NCBI GenBank assembly: GCA_036172245.1
Contig: JAYWIR010000111.1
Span: 124,001 to 166,247, forward strand
Source: Raillietiella orientalis
Lineage: Eukaryota
Direction of reading: 5' to 3'
DNA: 42,247 bases
The notes under the pieces are model-generated. The model was not told where the DNA came from. It was given only the letters and a program-made list of their open reading frames with translations, and made no database searches. The position numbers and the translations under genes are program-made. Positions within the stretch are counted from its first letter, which is position 1, and every line of letters starts with the position of its first letter. Positions 22,775 through 33,320 of this stretch are shown piece by piece.

Positions 22775-23644
22775 GTGATTCCTGGATCTATATGCTATAA
22801 CCAGATTGGTTCTGAGTTTTCTCAGATTCGAAATTCCACTGTTGCTTTGGATAGAGTTTTCACAGATATAATCGGCTTTGAAGATGTACGCGGACCTTGT
22901 GTTCCTTTGTTTACCAACCGTGCAGGTGTATGCGAGTTTGCTGTGACTAATTCACGTTCCACTTTAAGAAGTGGTGTTTGCACTATGACTACATTTGTAA
23001 GATGATTCCTCATAGTGACGGATCTTATTAGCATTTTAGCTTCTGCATACCCAAGCTTCTTTGTCAGTTACTTTATTTCTATCACAGTTTAGTGGCGAGT
23101 GTTATCTTGAATTAGGAGGCGTAAGTCGCAGGTATGTTCTAGTTGTGCTGACAGCATGTATGTGTGATGGAGGTTCCTGTGAAAGGTTGTTTTGATTTTC
23201 GCTCGTTTTTCTGTTGATTCCTGCTCTCGTGTAAACTGTTTTTGGATGTCCGTGGATTTGGAGCTGGTTTTTTTGTCCTTTGTATTCTAGGGAATTTGTG
23301 TACGTACTTTTCTCTTTGTGAGTACATATAACGTTTGTTTCGCCATAGTATACATCCCAAACTTTTTTTTAAAGTTCTCTGTATTTTTTTATTTGTCTCG
23401 GATTTCCTATTTTTCAGTTGTTCTCGATATCCAGAACGTGCACTTCTGAGTGTCTGTGTTTATGAACTATTGCTTAATTTGTCTATTACTTTTTTGCATT
23501 TTCTAATTTCGTGTTTACCTTTGAATATGCTTAAGGCTGCTGCCTGGGCCAAATCCTGGATCCTTTCCAAGCACGTTGAGGTGTGATTGGCGCAATCTTA
23601 GAGGAAGCCATTTCAAAGTTACGTTCAGACCTACACTTGGTTGA
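22775..23644 (+). CDS. Spliced gene body R (last 3 exons, 140 aa); divergent paralogue of gene body L
   Basis: Exons 22775-22996 (222 nt), 23040-23131 (92 nt) and 23536-23644. Splice sites: ttcgtag|, |gtaaga, ttttag|, |gtatgt, ttaag|. Open reading: VIPGSICYNQIGSEFSQIRNSTVALDRVFTDIIGFEDVRGPCVPLFTNRAGVCEFAVTNSRSTLRSGVCTMTTF/LLHTQASLSVTLFLSQFSGECYLELGGVSRR/LLPGPNPGSFPSTLRCDWRNLRGSHFKVTFRPTLG*. Confidence 0.85.
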
Positions 23645-23699
23645 TCAGAAGGTTTTCCACAGTACCTCTCAAAATCTTCTCGGATAATGCGCGTTTGAA

Positions 23700-23705
23700 A
23701 ATAAA
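23700..23705 (+). terminator. AATAAA polyadenylation signal of gene body R
   Basis: AATAAA about 55 nt after the TGA at 23644, followed by a T/GT-rich tract. Confidence 0.6.
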
Positions 23706-24299
23706 AACGTTCAGCACATTAGTTTGGATTTTTTTATGTGTTGCTTTGTTACAGCTGGATAAATAGACAATTAGAGTCCTTAATTCGTGACTTGATCATT
23801 AAGAGACAGTGTGACCTCTGGAAATAAAATGCTTGCAATGAACTTTCGACGGATATTAGAAATTTGTTTTTAAAAACGAATGCTGCAGAAGGAATCATCT
23901 GAGCCCGATTTGGCGTATCTGAACTTCGTTCGAAGCACAGGAAATAGCAGCTAGATCCGGCAATCATGTATTTCCCTAAACAAGGAGTCTTTCTCACTCA
24001 CTATGTTGCTGACTACCTTTTCTCCTTCTCGCAAACTCTGTCGTTTGCTCTCTTCGCGATATCCAGGTTTTCCAAGGAAAAATCAATATTAATTATAAGG
24101 TTTTGTGTTCGCTCTTCCTGATATTCTGCCATGGATAATGAGGATATCGTACCGTTGGATACGTGCAGAATGTCTCGCATGAATATCAAACATCCTTCTA
24201 CAGGTGCAGAATTATCATAGAAGCAAAGCAGTGCACTTGGTCAGCAATTGGGACATTGAGAGTTTCTGGCACACCAAAATGGTCATCCTTTTGAGCAGA

Positions 24300-25460
24300 T
24301 TCACTCGATTAACCAGGAGCAGCAACGGTCGGGACTTCAACGGACGGCAAAAGAGCTGACAGCCACGCTCCAGCAACCACCCAATGACGAGAAGAAGGCC
24401 TTGAGGCGTTCTGTTCAGGTGTAAGAACCAGAAACTTCGCAGTTTGAACCCGAAGCCGGCAAGGCTCCTGATGTCAATTTGCCGAAACCAAAAGCGAGCA
24501 GGAAAGGAGGCAACCAGCGACGCACCGTTTCTTTACAGGCGGGGGAGGAAATCCGCTCGGACCACGACGACAAGCATGCGATGTCCGCGGGATTTCGCGA
24601 CTACTCGCAGGAAGCGGTACAGTGAAAGCGGGATCCGTCAACCTCCTCCGACGGTTCGCCTCCATGCAAGGATCAACACATCGCCATCGAAATACATCGA
24701 CCGCAGGCTAAACAGGAGTCGAAAGACGCCACACAATCAACATAAGCACATCCACGCGTAGACTGTCCTCCTGCCGTCGACTGCACGTAATCTGTTGGAA
24801 CGTCAACGGGATGCGTCCGCAACAGGAAAGAAGTGGCCGCCAGCTACCGGGACATCGATCAGGCGCTTCTGCAGTAGACGCACGTGCTCCACGCAGGGGA
24901 GACCAAGGAAACAGAACGGATCGCAGGCGGGCGGCTACTATACGAAAACGGAAAAGACTGCATTCGCGGTGTGGCTTTCATTCTCAAACCAGCCGTCGTT
25001 GATGCGTAGCGCGTCGTGCACTTTGACGAAGAAGGTCAAGTCAGCCATCCTGTGATCAAGTGGTCCGATGCGATCGACCTCGTCATAACCAACGTGTTCA
25101 CGCCCTGCACGAGATACAGACTCGCAAAACGCAGTGCGTTCTTTCGAAGCATGCGGCGAGACTGGCTGGCTGAAGCACACCTACGAAGGGCACACCTGCT
25201 TGCCGGGGACATTAACGTCCCCATGCTGGTAGGTTCGTTCAACATACGACCACAGCTGGACAACGAGATGTGCGCTGCAATGCATGAGAGAAACTTGTTG
25301 ACCGCTGATGCCGGGAAGGAAACAAGGATCAACCACATGTTCCTCGACAAACACCTGTGTTCACAGAAGAGAAATAGAAAGGCAGTGACTTCAGAATTTT
25401 TCGACAACCCCAGGCTTGTGCTGGAGATACATCAGCGCAGTAAAGGTCCACCCTGACAGC
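24300..25460 (+). mobile_element. Decayed LINE ORF1 tail and APE endonuclease
   Basis: CWNVNG at ~24792. ORF 25016..25456 contains VITNVFTP, HLLAGDINV and NHMFLD. The left boundary is uncertain. Confidence 0.8.
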
Positions 25461-25469
25461 GTGATGTCT

Positions 25470-27560
25470 GCCAGGAAACCGGTTTCAAAGGGATCACTTA
25501 TCACTGAAAGAAGGGCCCATCGTTTGGAAGAAGCCTTCGAGGTCCATCCGCATATGTCCCAGTTGTGGCCATCGGGCAGCTCTTCCTATAAAGATACTGA
25601 ATGCAGGATGACGTTGCTCTCTTTGAAATTCGGTTCTTTAAAGGCAGCATCGCTCCAAGCCACCACGATGCCTCGAGTGCAGCAAATTGCTGCGAAGGCT
25701 TGCGGCTGACTGTAGGGCGTCCCATACGAAGAGAAATTAAAGAACGTTTCTTGGCTAGCTGCCCACCAATAGCCCAATGGCCGTAGGAAATCGTTCCCCT
25801 AGGTTTCGAAGGGCAGCACAATCAACAAGAAGATGAAAGAGCGATTCCACACCTGGCGCACTTAGGATTCACAGCTACCCTTTTCCAGTGAAAGCGGCAT
25901 GCGCTGCAGGGTAACCCTGAGTGTAACAGTAGCAGCTACAACTCTTGTCACTTAAGGGACAGGAACCTCGATTCCTTTAATACTGCGGACCTCTTCAGCT
26001 AATTCATCAAGATGCCGAACAGCTCGCCCCAAGTTAATAGCCATCGCGCATAAACGCACAGGGTCGTGGCATCGGCGAGCTCTCCCATGGTCCTTCCGCT
26101 GATGAACCTCTCTCGTCCTACTTTGCGGCAGGAAACTTTCCACCTTTGCATCCACCTGCTCTGAGGTGCCCCCAAAAGGAAAGGCACCACCGTCGCTATG
26201 CAGGCCATCTCTGCCTACGTGCCCATATCGGGAAAATCCAGTAGGTACCACACCATGCAGCGTGCGCAGAGACCGCGTAACAGGCGTATCCACTTCTCTT
26301 GGCTCCTCTGGTATATTGCTCCCTCCTCCTGTCGATAGTCTCCTCCAGTCAGGCGGGGGAATTAACGGGGTAGCAAGCCATCCAGCTGTTTTCCTGCGAG
26401 AGCGTTGCCATGTTTGCGAGCACTAGGCCGCATCTGCGAATTATCCGGCCGCGGCACCAACGAAAAGACGCGAGTCCATCGCACCGAGACACACGGCTGG
26501 CGAGGAGGCGGGCCGGAATGCACCAAGGGGTGCTGCACAGCTTCGCTGCGATGGCCATGGTGCGCCATCGCAGCTGAAGATGGACGCGCTACAGCGTCAA
26601 GAGGCTAAGAGAGCCCTACTGACGCGTTGCGTACAAGTATTTCAAAGAGACTCGGGGCCTTCCCTTGCCCAGAAGGGCCATGCGCTGCAAATACTTCGTT
26701 CTCTTCTTTCCTTCTACAGGGACAAACCAAGAAAAATTAGGGGGAGGAGGAGGACGTAACCGAACCCGTTCCATACCGCGGCTCATTCCGGCAAGAGAAA
26801 CTTGCCTTTCAGAAACGGGCCGCACGCTAACTCCACATTCAGAAGACTTTTTGACCACAATTCTGTTGGACAAACCTGCCCCATCAATACGCGTAGGGTA
26901 CCTGGCCGTGGCAATCCCCAATCGGATCCTATCAGGCCGTTCTGCCCACGTCGCAACAATTGGCTCCACCGACGACTTTGCCTTGTTCTATTGCAGTCCG
27001 GTCCAGCGGCTAAGCAAATCGAATCAATCCGCGACTCCTGCTGCCGGGGTGGACATGGGCAATAAGAGCACAATATCGTCGACATAAGCTGCTACTGCGG
27101 GCGTTCCGGGGCACGAGCTCGGCAAAGCAGACTGAGTGGCCCTACACGCACTCAGCACCAACGGAAGGTGGGTGCTTAAGTGCAGGGGACTCAGACTGTC
27201 CACCTTCCGTATGCCGCGCAGCAATGGCCCGCTGTACGCTACTTGACTACTGAAGGAAACGTTGAATAGAGATTTCCGCCAGCAGGAGCGCAATGCGAAG
27301 TGTAGTGAGGCTGGGAAGCCAATGCTACTCAGAAATACTAACGGAAGATCCTGGTTCATCCAATTGAATGCCTTGTGGATATCTACCGCGATCGCTACGG
27401 CACCCTTTTTGGCCCGGATTTCTTTTCCCTGTCCGGCTGGAGGCCTTAAAGTGGGGCTGCCGATCTACTCCATTTTTTTTCTTCTCACACCACTGCAGAT
27501 GAAACCATGTGCTCGCAAAGAAAAGTTTGGCCTCCATAATTCGCTCGAGAAGAGCGTAGG
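25470..27560 (-). mobile_element. Degenerate LINE ORF2 (RT core to C-terminus)
   Basis: RGIRKVDSLSPL...PSSCPGTPAVAAYVDDIVLLLP (27024..27359), plus C-terminal AAICCTRGIVVAW (25586..25777). Confidence 0.88.
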
Positions 27561-30080
27561 TCTGCCACATACCCCAAACGCGACGCCCACAGTCCGGCAA
27601 GGAGCTTGACGTGCGAATGTGTTTTTTCAGCGCACGTCTGCGCCTGTTGCGGAGCCTTTATTCGATTGAGCTTCTGTGTGTGCGGCATCGCCGCTGTCCT
27701 ATTGCAGCAATGCCTGAGGACACCGAGATGGATGTCGGAGGGGGAGAGGCTTGTTCCTCTCTTCAGCCCATGGGGGTGGAGGCCACCGCCCCCACGAAGG
27801 CGAGGGCAACCGACCCCTTGAAAAAGGGGGCAACCGCGTCCTCGGATTTGTCTTCTGCAACGACGGAGACCTGAAGGGCCGTGGCTGCAGCGCCTTCTCC
27901 TGCAGCTATAGCACAGAAAAATGCCTACCTTGAATAAGGATACAAGCCGTCCTTGATTTATAAGGTAGGGAACTTGTTTTTCGGCAAACACGCCCGCAAC
28001 TCCGAAAAAGAGTTGCAGCGACTGCACGTTAAAGAGGAGGGACTGGAAAATCTTCCCGTGATGAGTGGGGGTCATCGGGTGGACTTGACTTGCAAAGATG
28101 CAAGCCTGGCTCAGCGCCTGCTCAATACACCCATCACGCTGGAAGGCCGAAAGGTTTTCCCGGTTACGGAGGATCGCTTTATTGCGGCGCACTCCACTAA
28201 GGTAACTCTGCGCATAACGAAAACTGGCGTGCAGGAGGAGTTCAAAAAATACGGTACGGTGCACGCGCTGTGGACCAAGCCCAACGTCTTCCAAACCTAT
28301 GGAAGAATGTTCAGTAGCATGAACGCAGCGCGACTGAACGTCCACGAAAACGGTGGGCTACCCCACGTACTGAACGTTGGCAACGAGATGGTCGAATTCT
28401 GGTACGTGGGAGAGCCCAAGTACTGTGGAAACTGCGATGCCACAGGACACCTGAAAAAACGGTGCCCTTACATCCAGTGCTTTCACTGCGGGGTGAAGGA
28501 CCACCTTTGTAAAGTGTGTCCACAGCAGGAACCTCCAGCGCAATCTGCTTTGAAAAAACCTGAAGCCAAACGCTTGGAGAAAGTGAATAAATACAAAGAG
28601 GTGAGAGATAGGCATAACCAAAAGCCAGAGCCCGAACCCTCTTAGCAGACATCGGTCGAGAATACTCCCGACGACGCTGGCGAGAACAAGTGTTGGCGGA
28701 TGGCGAAGCCAAAAACCCCCAAAAAAAAGAAAACCGAAGGCCTGACAGCGGAACCCGCGACATCTCCTCTAAATAGGAGACAACTACGCGGATTGCTTCG
28801 CGAATGTTCGGTTGCCTTGCAGCGCGTGAGGGTCCCAGAGACTGCGAACGGGGGAGATATCTTTAGCCTCGTTGCCGACAAAGACGCGACCGCGGAAGGC
28901 GAACTCTCTGTGCAAACAGATGGGGAACCGCGCTAAGCGCTCGAAGCAATCGAGTAGGCCGCCTTCCAACAACCGGCGGAAGATCTCGCGGCCAAAGTCG
29001 CCGACCATGAGAACGGCTTGCGAAAGTCCTTGCAAAGGCCGCACGCGAGCAAGGCACCTCCGACAGGTGACCGCGATCCGGATGCCGGAAGTTCGTTCTC
29101 CTCTGCGGAGGCACTTCCGGAGAAGACTGGACGGAAGTATAATAATCCGCAGAGGCGCATCCCGACGAAGGAGAGGGACGTACCGGCAGCTTAATGGGAA
29201 GCCGGCTGCGTGGGAACGAAAGAAGGGATTTTTCCACCCTTTACGACCGAGCAGCTGGTCTCCTCCATGAAGGAGTGGGAGCAGGTGGGTAATTGCCGTT
29301 CCCTTCCACCGATGGGCCTTGCGGAGGAGATAGTGTTGGAGGAGGGGGAGCAGACAGTTCACAACCGCTCCCCCCCGCCGTCCGTCCCAGCCGACGAATC
29401 GGTGTCCCTGGAATAGAGGGAGCAGGTGCGTGAAACCCGCCCTTTTCCACCGATGCGTCCTGCCGAGGAATCGGTTCCTATAGAGAAGGGAGTACCGGAG
29501 CGCGATGCTCTTGCCCCTCCTCAAGCCGTCCTGCCTGACCAGGTGGAGGGAGCCCCACTGTCGGTTTCCCGGTAATAACACCTGGGCTCTCCTGACGCCG
29601 TCGGATACGCGTGGCCTGCTGGAAAGTGAACCGGCTGCGCGACGACGGCAACAGACGGGACACGGCCGCCACGCTGCTTGACTTCGACCTGACACACCTG
29701 CAGGAGATCCAAATGATCATCGCGGAGAACGCCCAGGAGATCAAGAGGATTGCAGGGGGACGGTTGCTGTGGCAATGAGGCACCAAATACACCTGAGGCG
29801 TCGGGGTTTTCATGAAGCCGGCGGTCGACGCTGCCTTCAAGAGCGTGCGCTTCGACTTAGCCTGGTCGCGTCGGCCAGCTGATTCTCAGGTGGTCCGACA
29901 CGATCGACCTCCACGTAACAAACGCCTCGGCTTGCTTGAATGAAAACGTCGGAACAAACCTGTACGGCCCCAGCGGTGCGGCCAGGTATCAGGAACGTAT
30001 ACCGTTTCTGGAAAGCCTGAAGCGCGACTGGCTGGTGGAAGCGAACGTGCGTAGGGCTCACTTGATTTCGGGAGACTTCA
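27561..30080 (+). mobile_element. LINE 5' UTR, ORF1 with two CCHC zinc knuckles, and APE N-half
   Basis: ORF1 starts MPEDT at ~27710. 27953..28645 has CGNCDATGHLKKRC and CFHCGVKDHLCKVC (CX2CX4HX4C twice). APE motifs VACWKVN, NLYGPSG and ISGDF follow. Confidence 0.92.
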
Positions 30081-31330
30081 GTCGAGTGGGGACGTGTTTT
30101 TTCGTCGCTATTGTGTCTTGGCTGTCTTCTGCTTTATGTTGGTGTCGTGCATTTCGACGACGATGTCGTGCCAAAAGGAAGCCACTGAAGTTGGGGGACC
30201 AGCGTTTGGATCTGCAACCGTGGAACCGACGTCCGCTTTCTCTTCGTCTTCCACGCCAGCTGCGAGAACCTTTGCTGACGTTGCTGCTGCCGCAGCTGTC
30301 AGAAGGGTACCACTCCAAGAGGCGGAGGTGCAGGCCTACGTAGGCCAGGGCTACAATCCCTCACTTTGCTACCAGGTCACTGGATTTCTTTCTGTTCGCG
30401 ACGGTATTCAGTTCAACGATGAACTGACCAGTGTTGGCGTGCAGGAGGAAGACCTTTTGGCTATTATGCCCATCAAAAGCTTTAGATATTTCAAAGTGCG
30501 CTGGATAGTCGCGGCTGTTTTGCAACGCTTGCTGCGCAATCCTTTGTTTATCCGTGTTAAGACGGTCTTCCCATCTAATGGATGAGTCGTTCGTGGACAA
30601 GCTTTACGGCATCGAATCGGAAACTTCCGACCGTGAATTGCGGACTGTGTTAGCGAAATTCGCCACGGTTTAAGCTCTGTAAAAGGTTGGAAGCACCTCA
30701 AGGATATAGCGTTCATCGTCAGCTATAGCGCCGTGGTTCGACTAATTATGCCGGACCTCCGGTTCCTGCCTTAGAAGCTGTAGGTGAACGATACAGTTGT
30801 TCACCTATGGCATGCAGGCAAGCCTCACGTATGTGAGGAATGCGGAGAAGAAGGGCATTATTCACAAAAGTGCCCTTCTAATAAATGCCGCTACTGCAAG
30901 CAATCTGGACACAAATTAAAGAATTTTCCGGACCTTGCTAGGAAAAAGGCAACCGCAGAGCATCAACGTACGAAATCCGTCGCGAAAAAAATAAACGAGG
31001 CAAAAAAAAAACAGTGCGCACGGGCGAATTCTCGTTACGATGCGAAGTAGAATGCTAACCATCTGCAAAGGTCCTTACCGTTGAAGCCCCTCGCGCCACA
31101 CTTAGCGGCAAGGAATCTGCAATAGAAGGGGCGGGAGAGCTCAAAGGTCGACTGCAGAGCTCCTGTCATCGATGCAGAATCCCGGTTTTAAGCCTAAAGA
31201 ACAAAGAATCCCAAAAGAAAAAAACCGCTGAATGCTGAATGCTGAATGGCGGTCGCCGTAAAATGGAAAGTAAACATTCCACCACCTTGCCCCTTTCAAA
31301 GCCGAAGAAGCCCAATGGCCAAAGAAGGAA
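30081..31330 (+). mobile_element. LINE 5' UTR and ORF1 of a different subfamily, decayed
   Basis: MSCQKEATEVGG...AYVGQGYNPSLCYQV, with knuckles CEECGEEGHYSQKC and CRYCKQSGHKLKNF (30784..31050). Confidence 0.85.
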
Positions 31331-31335
31331 GGAAG

Positions 31336-31373
31336 TAGGTTAGGTTAGGTAGGTTAGGTTAGGTTAGGTTTGG
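31336..31373 (+). repeat. Short (TTAGG)n telomere-like tract
   Basis: TAGG TTAGG TTAGG TAGG TTAGG TTAGG TTAGG TTTGG. Confidence 0.9.
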
Positions 31374-31379
31374 CTACCC

Positions 31380-31798
31380 TTACTTTTTGAGCTGCAGAGC
31401 CACTGGCTCAACAACCCTTGCCCCCAAGCTGCGCACCTCTTCGCGGAAGACTTCAACGTCCGACTGTTGTCCGACGATTGCAGCCGCCCCAGGAAGCGCG
31501 CGCTGCCCATCGAGAATTGGGCGTCGGTGCACGCCGCCAACTTGATGGTCAGCGAACCTGGAATAGAAATATCGCCCGATCAAGTTTTCCTTGATGCAAA
31601 CCTGCATTACGGTGTGGGTAAAAGAGGAAGATTGTTGACTGGGCTTTCTAAGCTCCACACGTTGGAGTTTGAACTCCTTCCGCCAGCCAAGGGGCCTCCG
31701 TTGCAAAACAGGAGGATGTAGGCGGATTGGCTTAGCCACCCGGAGGCTGCGGAGCATCTCCGTGAACCCCTCCGAGGCTTCGCCATTCAAGAACTCGG
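31380..31798 (+). mobile_element. LINE APE C-terminal fragment
   Basis: ASVHAANLMVSEPGIEISPDQVFLDANLH...ADWLSHPEAAEHLR is homologous to 38560-38800. Confidence 0.8.
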
Positions 31799-33320
31799 TT
31801 CTCACCCGGCTGCGCCGGGGCGTTAATTCTTTCGAATAAAACAAGCGTTGGTGGCTGAACTGGTGGTCCGGCTACCCACTGGGAAACAAAATTAAGCATG
31901 CCGGGTCACCGTTTTGCATTCTAGTACGGTCCACCACGACAGCAGAAGAGGCAAGGACAAAACAAAAAATTAAAGAAAAAAAAGAAATATATGAAAACAA
32001 GATTTGGGAGGCTCGGGAAGGGATCACAGTCTGCTGTGGGGCCGTTACATCATTTGCAGGATGCCGGCAAGCTTATTTTGGAATTTTGAAAACAGATGGG
32101 TCTTTTCTGTGGCCGTCCTCATAAATTCGGCTGCGCACTGGACGGCAACTTTATCCCCCGGTCCTCTTGTTGCCTTGCTGCATGCACCGACAATCCCGTG
32201 AAAGCTGCACAGAGCTGCTAACGAGGCTAATGCCGAAGGGCGAAGCAAACGAAGAGCGATCTAACTGGGTCTCTGGGGTTGCCAAAGGGGATACCGATTG
32301 GTGCGGCAAAACGGTTCCAAAGGGGTCGAAGAGTCACACAATCCAAAAAGAGGTGAAAGAGGGACTCCCATTCTCCCCACCTCGCACAGTTAGGGATCAC
32401 AGCTCCTCAGGTGCAATGGTGTCCGCGGGCGTTGCAGAGGTGTCCACAATGCAGCAACAGTAGCGCCGACTCCAGCCATTTTAAGGGGAGGAGTGAAGTG
32501 TTCATCAGCACATAAGACGACTTTTACTCTACCTACGGAACATTTAGCAGCTCGCTCTAGCGCACGAGTCCAACAGAGGTGGTAATCCGGGCCGCAGTTT
32601 AACAAAGAATCCCCGTTTTATATTTCCTGATTTTTTTGTCCGTACCAGAGATTTCAACTTCCCATAGCGCCGCAGTGTTGCTGTCCAGATATTCCTTTAG
32701 GGAAAATGGCATTGCAGCGAGGAAAGTTCTTCTTGCCCACGCTCGTTTTTGGGGGTTCTTCAGGACCTCCCTGAGCGTCAGGCGGTCATTACGGACGTAG
32801 AATTGTCTCTGCCCTTCTTGGGTGCGTTGCTAATTGCTCTTTGCCCACGTCTCAACCGTTTCTTGCAGCCATGCAGGTCCATTAACGCAACGACAGCAGA
32901 GCCATCCCGCGTTCTTTTACATCATGTCAGGTAATCTCCGCAGCTGCAACCCGTAGTGACCGACTTGGCGGCGACGACGGAGCGCAAGGAAGGATGACAG
33001 TCCCACCTTGCATGCAGCCTGCTCGACGAGGAGAATGCGGGCTCGAACCAACTGCTGCTCCAATACTTCGCCACTAGGGAAAGTAGTCGAAACTGGAGTT
33101 GGAGCTCCAGCCGCCAAAGCATCAGGAGACCGAAACCGCCGTCCCGACGCTGAGCGTTCAAGTCCTCAAGACGGACTCGGGCCCTCCCATTACCACACAG
33201 GGCAATCCTAAGGAGGTCCTTCGTCCGCTTTTTAGTCTCTCTGATGGATGGAAAAACCAAAAGCAAAGAACGGAAAAGAAAGACCGCGAAACCCCCCCTC
33301 CTCCGTTTAGACGGCCATTA
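31799..33320 (-). mobile_element. LINE ORF2 C-terminal part with 3' UTR
   Basis: RARVRLEDLNAQRRDGGFGLL (32922..33266), GIVGACS at ~32190, UTR motif GTGATCCCTTCCC, and terminus at 31799-31828. Confidence 0.85.

Noticed and set aside
31227..31247. (GCTGAAT)3 tandem
   Set aside because: Simple slippage repeat in decayed LINE sequence.
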